The notes under the pieces were generated by a model, which searched no databases, was not told the origin of the DNA, and saw only the letters and a list, made by a program, of their open reading frames with translations. From the human T2T-CHM13v2.0 reference genome, Homo sapiens: a DNA stretch of 64,000 nucleotides. The DNA is taken from assembly GCF_009914755.1 (NCBI RefSeq), contig NC_060926.1. One strand, 5' to 3'. Positions 41,580-53,720 of this stretch are shown one piece after another; the first letter of the stretch is position 1, and every line of letters begins with the position of its first letter. The translations under genes and the position numbers were made by a program.

Positions 41580-44176
41580 CCTCCAAAAACTTATTAAATT
41601 GATGCCCATAAATTGACGGACATAAAGGTCTCAAAACTAAATAAATGCTTCCATCCTAATGTGATTTCATAAAGCAGGGGAATTGTACATTAAGGAAAAC
41701 TATAAAGAAAAAAAAAGCACATTGAAGAATGATGAATTTGGGAAAGGCACCCAAGAGATTGTAGGAACAATCTTTTCCCTGCTGTTCAGAGAACCCATTT
41801 CTTTCCATGGCCCAACTGAACACCTTATTTTCCAGTAACATAAATATTATAACTCCATCTATTCAGTTGATCATTCATTCATTCAATCCAGTATGTGCTG
41901 GAGTGGCTAATGTATACCAAGTAATGGACTGCCCAGCACACCTAGGCCAAGAGTGCAAGGGCATAAAAAACTACTTGGCCGTGCTACAATTCATCACTGC
42001 CCATGTCAGGCAAAACATTAAAAGAATTTTTTTTAAGATCTAATGTTACTAGCAAATAGGATGCTAAATTAGACAGGGAAAAGGAGCCTCTGCCCAAATT
42101 TTGAATCAATATTAGCCATAAACACTAGTATGACACTAAAGAACTTGAGGCAAGAGAAAAACATCTGTTATTTGAGAAATAACTGAAAAGGATGACACCA
42201 GCAAACAAACACTTGATTCAGAACCACCTCTTCAGTTAAGCAGTGAAAATATATGGGTGTATTCTCATTCTGTAGTGAGTGTCAGAAATAATTCCATTAT
42301 GAAAAGATCTCTTGGTTTGATGAGAGTGAAATTGACCCAGGGAAGCTCTTGGGACTCAAGGGTTACCTGTTCAGAGCTAACATGTTTATTCCAAGTACAA
42401 CCTTGGCAAGCTGTCAAAGGCAATTCAGATTATAACACCCTTGGTCACGTGCAATAGCTCAAAACAGCCAACGCCACAAGAGAGCTGCCACAGGGGCAAC
42501 CTCATGACAGAAAGATGTAAAGGTTGACTGAAATATTGAAGAGGTAGCTAAGGAGTTCAATGGCTCCCAGATTTTTACATTCTTTGCGTTACTTTAACCA
42601 GGCAGTGAAGTTCAGTAACCTACCACATGCTGTCTATATAATAGGAAACATTTACTTCAGTGAATGATTATAAACAGAAGACACTTGAGACAGCTCACTG
42701 CCAATCGGACCCTTTAAATAGTTACATTCTGCTGGCTGACACAGTGTTTATTACTGTGGTTGCTTCAAGCAAGCTCTAAACTAGAACTATACACGAGGAG
42801 GTACTCTGGCTTTCCTGGTCATGCCACTGGCTATTTCAGGGATAGAGAGGTGACAAGGTCAGACACAAAGCCAAAGGATACAAGTCTTCTTGCTATTGGC
42901 CACCTCCTGTATTATTTATTATCATTATTTTTATTCATTGCCTACATGGCCACCACTTCATACAAAGTGGAAATTTTCTCTTGGCATATGCATGGGGATA
43001 CTTTAATTGTTCCTTATGCCAATAAGTGGCAGGAAAAGTCTTTTCTTTCTAACTGGTAATGGTGTTGACAGCTCTGTTTCGCCTCCAGGTTAACCTAAAA
43101 CGATTGAGCTGGCAATAGTGATTTGACTTAGCTGGTGGGTTTACAGGCATATGAATTGCGACTGTCTCATCCCATCCTGCCAAGATAAATGGTTTCTTTT
43201 CTATGCTTCAAATATAATTATGTTCCTGATTAATAACAAATGTGATGACACAGACTCTGAAGCAATGCGAAAGCAGCCAACTTTCAACCACTATAGTATT
43301 TGTTGTATGACCATTAAAAAAGGGTTCACCAGACTCACAGCCAAGATGGCAAGACTTTTCAAGAACAAAGGGCGAGTGGAGTCTGTGAAGCAAGCTCTAA
43401 CTTAACATCACATGTGAGAAACAATGCACAGCATTCACTCTCTAGTCACTTGAGAAAAGCACACATTTCTCTTTACTGCTTTAAAGCTTCATAATTCACA
43501 GCGAGCAAGCAGTTAGGATACGGCCTAAGAAAAATACTGCTTTATTTTCCTTAGTAGTTCAAAGGAGATAGTTCATTTCAGTAGAAAATCGAGTCACCTC
43601 TTTTTAAAACTATGTTTTCTTCTTCCTTCCTTTCTCCTTATCGTTTCTGGATTCTGAACACCTCCCTCTTTAAAGAGCTGAAGACAAGGCTTTCTAACTA
43701 GGAAAATGATACAAGATAATGCACCATATTTTTTCTTTAAATAAACTATGATAATTGCAACTATTTTATTACAATTATTTTAATTATAGAGATAGCTTAA
43801 CAATGATAAACCCATTGCATACACATCTCTCTCATCCTCATACTACATATACTTGTAAAAAAAAAAAAAAAAAGAGCAAGTACAGGTATTGTCTTCATGC
43901 AAATGAGGGAAACTTAATCACACAATTTGATGTGACTCCCTTGGTCTTTCAAGAAGTCCATGAAAGATCTCATCAATTGATTCTAGAGTCTTCTGACCTC
44001 CGTAAGAACATGACTCTTTCAAGTCAGGAAAGTCATTTCATTTACCTTTGCATTTTACCATCAATCCCATGCCTTGTATTCAAAAGGTGTTCAATAAAGC
44101 TGTGTTGGATTGAATTGAATTTTGAGAGAGCTGGCTGGCTAATTAATTGTGAAATTCAGGTTCTGAATCATTTTAG

Positions 44177-44444
44177 AAGCTTTAGGATCATTTGATGACT
44201 ATTGTAGAAACATCAGTCAAAATGGTAGTTAGAAGATACCCATGAAGAAACATTGCTTAAATATATATGACATATACTTGTGATACCTGACAACACAAGT
44301 AACCTGTTACATAAATAGAAAAGTAGATTCCATCAATCAAGTATGCCCTTTGTCCTTCAACTAGTCAATTAAGTATATGGTTCATCAGACCACAAAATTC
44401 AACTCAATTTCAGCTGATCTGCATCATACCAAATAATATTAATC
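44177..44444 (+). repeat. Local direct duplication, copy 1
   Basis: 268 bp ungapped match to 46333-46600; 17 mismatches by manual count. Confidence 0.97.
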
Positions 44445-44805
44445 CACATGATACTATAAATGAGACAAACTTGAAACTGCTGGGAGCATGAGGAAGCATT
44501 CAAGAGACAGCTGATTAAAGCTTCTGAAAAATCAGTTGAGGGGAAATCTGTCTATTATTATAAAAAATTAAGATTATATTCAGATTAACAACATTTAAAA
44601 TAAGGCGACTGGATTTCCTTAAAAGTCAATATTTTATTGACCCTGTAATACATACCCTATTTTGCGCTGCCTAATTATATTTAAATTCAGGACCTATTCC
44701 AAACTTGTAATGAACATGGAAAGAGCAATATATCTTTATTTTTAAAATATAATTAGTTTTGGGTGATTTCTTATTTGCATTTTCCATTAGCTTAAATTTC
44801 TATTA

Positions 44806-45171
44806 CAGAAGCTCCTCAACTTATGATGCGGTTACATTCCAATAAACCCATTGAAAGGTGAAAATATCATTACATCAAAAATGTATTAAATACATCTAAC
44901 CTACTGGACAGCGTAACTTAGCCTAGTCTAATGTAAACACGCTCAGAACACTTACATTAGCCTACAATTGAGCAAAATCATTTGACACAAGGCCTGCTTT
45001 ATAATAAACTGCTGCATATCTCATGTAATTTATTGAATACTATACAGAAAGTGAAAAACAAAATGCTTGTATGGGTACCCAAGGGACAGTTTCTACTGAA
45101 GCCATATTGCTTTTGCATCACCATAAAGTCAAAAAATCATAAGTCAAACCATCTTAAGTCAGGACCTTCTG
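44806..45171. mobile_element. MER47A (TcMar-Tigger) DNA transposon
   Basis: cagaagctcctcaacttatgatg...catcttaagtcaggaccttctg; collinear with the remembered MER47A consensus; homologous to 33589-33951. Confidence 0.88.
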
Positions 45172-45541
45172 CATTTCTAAAGGTTTTATAAAAGTAAAAG
45201 AAGGAGAGAGTAAACTTAAATCATATAATTGCTGATGCATCCAAACATTAGGCGGCTCTTTCATTTTACTTACGTGAAAAACTTAACTGAAGGCTTGATG
45301 GCAGTGAGACAGAGGGTGGAGTAACAACTAGAAAAAGATCACATAAGCTAAATATGTCAATTAAAGTCTCCTGGCATGAGTGGTAAGACAGAGACAGCGA
45401 TTTATACATAATTTTTGTAAAGCTTACAACTGTGAGCAGCAATGCCGTCTTTCAGTATAGCATGCTTCATATTTGCAGAGCATCCGCATGCACATAATAT
45501 TCTCACCATCACAACACAGTTAAGTATGCTTGCACACGTGT

Positions 45542-45543
<2 letters not shown>

Positions 45544-45575
<32 letters not shown>
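45544..45575. repeat. (CA)n microsatellite
   Basis: About 16 CA units. Confidence 0.95.
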
Positions 45576-45577
<2 letters not shown>

Positions 45578-45984
45578 AGAAGGCAGTCAGTGACTACCTT
45601 CCATTTTCCAACCACAAACTGCTGTCAGAATGAATACTATGTTTTAGCTTTTCAAATAACTGGAAATAACATCAGATTAAGTAAAGAAGACAGCTGCTGC
45701 ATTCAAGGATTCAAAGTCTGAGGCATACACATTGTGCTCAATGTTGATCAAATTCACTGGGTAACTGCTTATCAAATTACATTAATTTTTTTTTACCCTG
45801 TGGGAAGAGTTAAAAATCATAATAATGGTTATCACAGCAGATACTGACTATTAAAAAAAGATCTATTGTGGTCTAGAGCACGCATACATTTTTCAAATCA
45901 GGTGCTGTGGAACTCAGCATATTTTTAAGAGTCACTGCTAAGGACATGATGTTCAATAAAACAAACCAGACAACAAAAAGTACT

Positions 45985-46245
45985 TGTGGGATTCCAGTGA
46001 CATGTAGTTCAAAAACAGGCAACACCAATCTATGCTGTTAGAAACCAGGACAGTGCCTACCCTTGGGAGATAGTGACTGGCAGCCGCATAAGAGGGGATC
46101 AAATGTCTCCTGCAAAGGTTTAAGGTTGTTTCCTGATCCCAGTACAGGCTGCATGGGTGTGTTCATGAAAACTCAGCAGCCTTTATGTACATTTACAATT
46201 TCCATGCATGTCAGTGTGCACATTAGACATCAATAAATGTTCCTC
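45985..46245 (+). mobile_element. Old L1M 3' end fragment
   Basis: gttcaaaaacaggcaacaccaatctatgctgttagaaaccaggacagtg...catgggtgtgttca...caataaa. Confidence 0.7.
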
Positions 46246-46332
46246 GAAGACAGTTGCCATTGAGTAACGAAGTCTACAACCTTCCTGCTTTTCTCCCTTT
46301 CTCCTTAAACACACACATGATACAACACACAC

Positions 46333-46600
46333 AAGCTTTAAGATCATTTGATGACTACTGTAGAAACATCAGTCAAAATAGTAGTTAGAAAATACCCATG
46401 AAGTAGCATTGCTTAAATATATATGATATATACTTGTGATACCTGACAACACAAGTAACCTGTTACATAAATAGAAAAGTCAATTCCACCAATCAAGTAT
46501 GCCCTTTGTCCTTCAATTAGTCAATTACGTATATGGTTCATCAGACCACAAAATTCAACTCAATTTCAGTTGATCTGCATTATACCAAGTCATACTAATC
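46333..46600 (+). repeat. Local direct duplication, copy 2
   Basis: Match to 44177-44444 at a constant offset of 2156 bp; flanked by CA-rich sequence on both sides. Confidence 0.97.
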
Positions 46601-47336
46601 ACACATGCACCCCCGACACACAAACACCTGCACTCTGCAGAAATCCCAGAATAGAAGCTTCTGAGAGGACTTCTTGTTCCATGCGGTCTCTAAGAGCTGC
46701 CAGGAGCAGGAACTAACTCCCAAGAGACAGAACTGAGCTCCTTTCACTAACAGCTCCTCACAAATAGGTTTGAGAGTTTCTAAACATGGTGTATTCTGAA
46801 GAGTATAAAGATTCTTGATGAAATAGGTGAGTCCTTATGAACGGACAGGCACCTGAGGAAGGTAGGCAACAATTTTTTGGGTTTCGGTTTTGCCCTTACA
46901 TGTGTCTTCATTTTTAAAACATTTACCGAGCAACTACTGTAAGCCAGGCCCTAAGGCTATGATGATAAAGAAGGCAAATGCCTTAGATAAGAAATCCCTC
47001 CCAGTAAGATGAGGACAGCGTTTTCATACCTCAAAAATGTGGCTTAAAAAAGGAAGAAAAGAAGGAAGGAGGAAAAAAGGAAAGGAAGCGAGGAAAAGAA
47101 AGAAAGTGAACAGGCAATGGAGTATTCATGATGAAATGAAGGAGTGGACAGAATACATCTTCCTAACAGAAACCAGACCTCTTCACAATAAGAAATACTC
47201 TTTTGTTCTCAACCTTCAGTCATTAGAGAAAAAATCTGGTACTATGGACCTGAAATAGAGACTAAATACAGATGGTGTCAGTGGCAAGATACACAGCAAT
47301 TTGATCATAGTTTCCACATTCACACCACGCACTTAC

Positions 47337-47362
47337 TTCCAGTTGTGTCTCATTGTCATAAA
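47337..47362 (-). other. Candidate 26-nt microexon
   Basis: Minus strand: ctctgat (branch-like), long T-rich tract ending cttttgtag | TTTATGACAATGAGACACAACTGGAA | gtaagt. Confidence 0.7.
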
Positions 47363-47708
47363 CTACAAAAGAAAAAAAAAATCAGAGGCAAAAATACACT
47401 GGAAGCCTGCTTCTGCTCTGCTGAGTAATTATCAAAAGCCGGTTCATTACTTTCCATGAATACTGCCTGAGATTTGTAGGGATTCATCTTTGTCCAGGTT
47501 CTCCTCTGTTTATATTTAAAAGCTACACAGTAGCTTATACTGTTAGAGTCACTGGAATAAATTATTTTTGTGCTTGCAAAGTATTGCTGGTGACAGTGAT
47601 TTCCATAATTTTCTCAGGAAATTCTTAAATCTCTCCTACTGAAAGCCTGTTTAATATTTTAATTCTAACTTCACATTGGCAACCAGAAGATAGGAAACAG
47701 AGCCTTAC

Positions 47709-47875
47709 TTTTATACTCTGAGACATTCAGAAGTAAAACAAAGGAGTGAAGGAGAGAGAGAGAGTGGAGAAACGTCATAGTTGTTCATTCTTTTTTAACA
47801 CACTAGCAGAAGCAAAAGCAGCTGGTCATCAATAACTCGCACTTGCTGCTTGCCTGCAGCTATTACTTGTCTGAT
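47709..47875 (-). other. Candidate first exon (TSS inferred, approximate)
   Basis: Ends ...GAGTATAAAA | gtaagg; lies just downstream of TATA/MEF2-like boxes; contains ATGs at 47788, 47778 and 47726 and an E-box CAGCTG (~47819-47824). Confidence 0.55.
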
Positions 47876-47935
47876 ATTGGTAAAGTTCTCTATATTTAAA
47901 GGTGTCTGAAAACACTGGCTTATTTATAAACTTTG
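47876..47935 (-). promoter_or_regulatory. Candidate TATA/MEF2 core promoter
   Basis: Two YTA(W)4TAR matches 30 bp apart (CTATATTTAA 47890-47899; TTATTTATAA 47920-47929). On the minus strand these read TTTAAATATAG and TATAAATA (TATA-like), followed by an Inr-like TCAGAC near 47874. Confidence 0.5.
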
Positions 47936-49034
47936 AAAGGCAGTAGTTAAAATGGACTTTGGTATATTCTGTTCCTCAGAGCTGCATTTACCCCTCAAAC
48001 ACTTAAGCCCTATGAGTTTAATCTCTACTGAGATTTTAGTTGTATCAACCTTGAATAGACTAGACTCCTTTAAAAGGAAAAGAAATAATCAAGTCATTGG
48101 AATAACCTTGATCCCTAGACGCCGCCATTTCCCTCAAGTGAGTGATTCTTATTGTCACACTAATTAAGTAAAGACATAAAGGCTTTCCCAATGCTTTTCA
48201 CAAGAGATCTTTCCTCGCAGATTTCATTTTATGAAATCTGTAAAATGCTAGGAGGCGTATTAATTAACTGCAGAGATGCTAAACATATATGGAATACATA
48301 ATTAATTACCACATGATACACTTAATACTGGAATACTAAAGAGCCAGCTCTCAGAAATTTGTCTAGAAAGGGAGTCTTTGTTTCTCAAGAAAGACAACAT
48401 AGACTTCAGACTGTGGTGTTGATTTCTGTTTCACCAGCTGGAAAATGTCAGTTATCAGCAACTAAAAGGTGTATTTCTATATGGATGGCAGTTAAGTACT
48501 CCATAGTAGATAAATGAGGCCAGAGAGTAGAAAGAAGAGAAATAAATGAGAGACAGAAGAACTGAAATTTGAGAATGATTGTGGCCTGTGGTTTTCTAAG
48601 TAAGTAAAAAACCCATTTGGTTAGAACAAGTTACGTACCCCAAATAAGAAACATACGTGAACAGTTCCTGCTGTTATTTCCTGGTCATCTGATCTCAACT
48701 GTAATTACCGTGCAAAGCTCAAACTCAATCTAGATCCTTCATTCATATCTCCCTAAAATAAAGACAATGATCCCAAACAATTTGCTCATCCACCCACCAA
48801 TCAGAACACCTGCCTATTCCTAAGGTATTCTTTTTTGTTATTTTATGTCTCATCAAATAAGCTAATCAACATAGAAATTAAAGAACGTAATCTGGAAAAA
48901 ACAGTTCAAGTAAAGCAAAGCAGGAATCTACAGAATAACAGACTAATTTAATTAATGCCATTTGATTAAATAACTGTCTTTTATTGAAAACCTGAATACA
49001 CACAAGGCATTGAGTCAGGCACTGATGAAAGTCA

Positions 49035-49315
49035 TGGCAGGGGGAAGGGAGGTGAGCTCACTTCCTGCTGCTTTGGCTGTGCCTCCCTGGAAGGTCATGA
49101 GAGTCAGGTGGTTGTCAAAGGGCAACTGCAGTGTCCAGTGTTGTGGCTTGTAGCTTCCAACTTCCCGATGCCCAGATCAGAGTTTTCTTGAACTTAATAG
49201 TACAAGCAGGCCTTAGTCCTACTCCTCCAGCTCTCTGAGTAATTTTTAAGTACCCAATTCCCTGTCTTATATCCCATAGTTTTTGTTTTCTGTAACAAAT
49301 CCTAGTTGATTCATG
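49035..49315 (+). mobile_element. Old ERVL-type LTR remnant (LTR33-like)
   Basis: taagtacccaattccctgtcttatatccc...ttttctgtaacaaatcctagttgattca resembles an LTR 3' end; family uncertain. Confidence 0.4.
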
Positions 49316-49392
49316 AATGCTCTATTTCAGCAAACTAGGGATGCAATGGAAGCCAGGCAAGAAATGAGAGAAAAATACATGGATGAGTCATC

Positions 49393-49482
49393 ATCATTCA
49401 TTCATTCACGCATGCATTCATTACATGATTCACACATATAATTATTTATTGAACATGTACTATGTGCCAGGCACTGTGTTAC
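49393..49482 (-). mobile_element. L2 3' tail
   Basis: (CATT)n then atttattgaacatgtactatgtgccaggcactgtg. Confidence 0.75.
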
Positions 49483-50059
49483 TGCCAAAAAGCTCTAACC
49501 TTTTATGAAACCAGGGTAGTGATGGGAGTAAAACAGAGAACCGGGAACATTCACTAATGCTAATCCCTCTGGCTGAGGTTCCTCTATTGTTTACCACGTT
49601 TGAAATCTCTGATAACTGCCTGAAGGGCCTTCATCTCTGTATCTTTTGCCCATTCTCTCTGTTTCTCCTGTGTGACATTAAGTTTGAAGAGATATTTCCC
49701 TTTTAAACTTTATCTATAAGTAATTACTTATGATATGCATCCTACAAAATAAAAATAAACATACTTCCATCTATATAAAATTTGCATAATACTATTATGC
49801 AAATAGGGTTAGAATATATTCTGTTACTGTAGAAAATAAGAATTAAATTATTTTCTAAAAATGTATATTAAAATTCATATAAATGATTACTAGCAAAATG
49901 GGCATGCAATTCCCTTTCAAAGCAATGGGTTTAGACAGACACAAATAAGTAAGAGAGTCTATTCAAATAAGTAAGAGATTCACAAAAACTCCCTCTGGTA
50001 AAGAAAAAAAAAAAAAGCTGATATGCAATTACATTTCCAGGAAACATCATCAAACTCCT

Positions 50060-50390
50060 TGCTATAACCTGAATGTGTCCCTGCAAAATTCATATATTGA
50101 AATCCTAACCCCCGAAGTGATGGTATGAAGATGTGGGGCCTCTTGGAAAATGGTTAGGTCATGGGAGTGGAACTCTGAGGAACAGAATTAGTGCCCTTCT
50201 AAAAGAGGCCCTAAAGAGATCCCCCACTCCTTCTGTCACTGCAAAAAGACAACAATCCAGGAAGCAGGCTCTCACCAGCACCTTGATGTTGGACTTCCCA
50301 GCCTCCAGAAAGGTGAGAAATACATTTCTGTTGTTCATAAGCTACCCAGGCTAAGGTATTTTGTAATAGTAACCTGAATGAACTGAGGCA
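50060..50390 (+). mobile_element. MLT1A-type MaLR solo LTR
   Basis: tgctataacctgaatgtgtccctgcaaaattcatatattgaaatcctaacccc...ccttgatgttggacttcccagcctccagaa...aactgaggca. Confidence 0.88.
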
Positions 50391-51756
50391 CTCACAAAAA
50401 TTTATCAGTCACATTAACTAGACAATTTCAGCATCAGCCCTGATAGTCACAGTCAATGGCAATGGTAACCCTTTGGCCAGAATATCTTTGGATTTTTCAC
50501 TGCCATCTGTGAGTAACAAGTGTCTGCTGCCAGGCCTTATCCTTATCCTGCAGACTTGCTCTGTCCTTCATAAACAAGCTACTCCTGGTACAAATACTTG
50601 GGATGCATAATGTGCCATCACACATTCAGCTAAATGATGTCTAACCTTGAAAGTACAGTGCACGTTCAACCTCTTCTTGAAGTTAATGCCAATCGTCCTG
50701 GCTTGCACTGATTTCTTGTTGATATGAATGCCTACTGCATTTACACACAGAACCAACAAGTTTACTAGCAAGGTGTTTCCTACTTGTCTTGGGTATGGGC
50801 TTATAACCCTCAAACTCATATTTTAGCTCAGTTCAATCTTTAAGCATTTCTTTAGTGCCTGGTCATCCAAGGGTCTCCACTGTACGGTGGTGGTACAAAG
50901 GTGGAAAGACATCGCAGCATGACTTTAAGAAGTAGACAGTCTATTCTGGGAATCACTTGAGCATAGAGAGCACTTATCTGAAACAAGTGAAAAGCAAAGA
51001 TGAGAGGGGCATAGGCAACTCAACTAACTACCCAATCCTTGTGTTTTCATACTGCAAAAAGGAAAACAGTGATGGAGAAACTAGCCAAAGAGAAAAGAGA
51101 GCCGCTATGGTGCAGCTGGCCTTCCTTGAGGAATCTCTCTAGTGGCACCATCATGATAGTCCAAGCTGAAAGGCAGTATGTCCAGTTTCTCACTCAACTA
51201 AACTACTAGGGACTGTGCATGATGACTAAGACCCAACAGCTCTGTCAATTAACTAACAGTTTCACCTTTCCTTTTTCCAAGTGCTGACCGAGAGCTTTTG
51301 AAGTCACAGGCACCTTTGGCTCACATATCTGAGCTGGTCCCAAAAGTGCTCTTGGAGGTCCCAGAAAACCAAAGAACTTAGACTCATGCTTAAATGCATC
51401 CTCTCGAAAAATAAAAACTTAATACACTGCCCATGACACCATTTCATTTTTATAACAGATCTTTGTCCGTATACCTCTCTCAATCCTTTTGTTTCTTGCC
51501 AAATTCTGGGTAAGAGAAGTCTACAAATCATGTTTAAAGTTCTTCATCTTTTGTTCACTCTCTTATAACCTGATTCATGCTCCAATCCCAGCAATTGACT
51601 CCACTGAATGCCATTCTCTATCAAGGTTAAGAACAATGCCCAAGTCAGACTGTGGTCCTCTTCTCACTGTCAGTCTCCTTCACAGTTTGTGATGTTCGGT
51701 CTCCCACTGTTTTCCTTTCTAAATCCTGTTTCTCCCTCCCCTTTTCTGGTCTGGTC

Positions 51757-52061
51757 TTTCTTTCTTTTTCTTTTTTTTTTTTTTTTTTGAGATGGAGTCT
51801 CGCTCTGTCACCCAAGCTGGAAAGCAGTGGCACGATCTCAGCCACTCCACCTCCGGGTTCAAGTGGTTCTTGTGCCTCAGCCTCCTGTGTAGCTGAGACC
51901 ACAGGTGCATGCCACCATGCCCAGCTAATTTTTGTATTTTTAGTAGAGATGGGGTTTCACCACGTTGTCCAGGCTGGTCTAGAATTCCTGGCCTCAAGTG
52001 ATCCACCTACCTCGGCCTCCCCAAGTGCTGGGATTACAGGAGCGAGCCATCAAGCCTCGCC
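51757..52061 (-). mobile_element. Alu (S/J-type)
   Basis: Reverse Alu dimer; TSD cccttttctggtct on both sides (~51739 and ~52062). Confidence 0.95.
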
Positions 52062-52094
52062 CCCTTTTCTGGTCTTTCCTCTCCAATCCTCCTT

Positions 52095-52248
52095 GTATCA
52101 GCTGACTTTTGCTGTGTAACAAAAATGTCTGAAGCACCAGTGGTCTGCAATAACATTTACTCATTACACATCTACAGAGTTCAGCTGGGAGTCTGCAGAT
52201 CTTGGTTGAGCTTATCCATGTATGTGTGCATCGGCTGAGGGCTCTGGG
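52095..52248 (-). mobile_element. MLT1-type LTR fragment
   Basis: tgtatcagctgacttttgctgtgtaacaaa...agtggtctgcaataacattta is a reverse MaLR 3' end. Confidence 0.6.
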
Positions 52249-53525
52249 TTTCATCCCATGGATTCAAAGATGATTCAACATATACAAGTCGATAAATGTG
52301 ATTCACCACATAAACAGAACTTTAAAAGAAAAAAATCATACCATCATCTCAATAGATGCATAAAAGGCATTGAATAAAATCTAGCATGGCTTTATGTAAA
52401 AAAAAGAACCCCTCAACAATCTAGGCATAGAAAGAGCATACCTCGAAATAATAAATGTCATATATGACAAACCCACAGCCAGCATCACATTGAATAGGAA
52501 AAAGTTGAAGCATTCCTCCTAAGAACTGAAACAACACAAAGATGCCCACTTTCATGACTTCTGTTCAACATAGTACTGGAAGTCCTAGCCAGAGCTATCA
52601 GGCCAGAGAAAGAAATAAAAGGCATCAAAACTGGAAAACTATCTCTGCTTGCCAATGATATAATCTCATATCTAGAAAGCCCTAATGACTCCTCTCCAAA
52701 AGATTCCTAGATTTAATACATTCAGTAAAGTCTCAGGTTACAAAATCACTGCACACAAATCAGTAGCACTGCTACAAACCAACAACAACCAAGCTGGAAA
52801 TCAAATCAAGAACTCAATCCGCTTTAAAATAGGACGCAAAAAAATAAAATACCTAGGAATACACTTAACCAAAGAGATAAGAGATCTCTAAGAGAATTAC
52901 AAAACACTATTGAAAGAAATCAGAGGTGACACAAACAAATAGAAAGCCATCCATCCCATGGCCATGGATTAGAAGAATCAATATCATGAAAATGACTATA
53001 ATATCCAAGGCAATCTACATATTCAATGCAATTCCTATCAAAATAATGTCATTTTTAACAGAATTAGGAAAAAAATCCTAAAATTCATATGGAACCAAAG
53101 AAAAGCCCAAATAGCCAAAGCAATCATAAGCAAAAAGAACAAATCTAGGGGCATCACATTGCCTGACTTCGAATTATACTAAAAGGATATAGTAACCAAA
53201 ACAGCACAGTACAGGTATAAAAGTGACACACAAACAAGTGGAAGACAATAGAGAACTCAGAAATAAAGACAGATACAACCAATTGATCTTTGACAAAGCA
53301 TACAAAAACACAAACTGGGGAAAGAACACCCTATTCAATAAATGGTGATGGAAAAACTGAATACCACTTGTAGATGAATGACACTAGATCCCTATCTCTC
53401 ACCATATACAAAAATTCCTAAAATATGTACAAACTATATGTCTGACAAAGGTCTAATATCTACAAGATCTATAAGAAACTCAAACAAATCAGCAAGAAAA
53501 AAAAACAAACAAAAGAAAAAAACAA
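52247..53525 (+). mobile_element. L1 (L1PB-like) ORF2 internal fragment
   Basis: RT-region DNA and ORF fragments (FSKVSGYKI...KSVALL...IKYLGIHLTKE; LDPYLSPYTKI); no 3'UTR; internal deletion near 53415. Confidence 0.9.
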
Positions 53526-53529
53526 GTAC

Positions 53530-53720
53530 TATCTTAAAGATTTTAGTGAGGACACAATTTAGTATGGGCCAAGTGCCATGCTACACACGATACGTTACAT
53601 GTATTATCCCCACCACACTCTAATAACAGATAGCGTGAGCCCCATTCTACATACGAAGACAATAATGATTTGAGTAATTAACTAACATGCCAAAGACACG
53701 TAGCTCCTGAGTCACAGTCC
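53530..53720 (-). mobile_element. MIR SINE
   Basis: tatgggccaagtgccatgcta...cccattctacatacgaagacaat...taactaacatgccaaagacacgtagct. Confidence 0.55.

Noticed and set aside
43755-44195. 146-aa ORF
   Set aside because: Non-ATG start, runs through a poly(A) tract and an L2 remnant; consistent with a chance ORF.
47337-47359. Microexon frame MTMRHNW matches my recollection of the human IL18BP N-terminus
   Set aside because: Only 7 residues. No IL18BP signal-peptide or Ig-domain exons are visible downstream and the locus does not look like that compact gene. Treated as coincidence; BLAST would settle it.
49942-49978. 15-bp direct repeat CAAATAAGTAAGAGA x2
   Set aside because: Only two copies; ordinary slippage, not an array.
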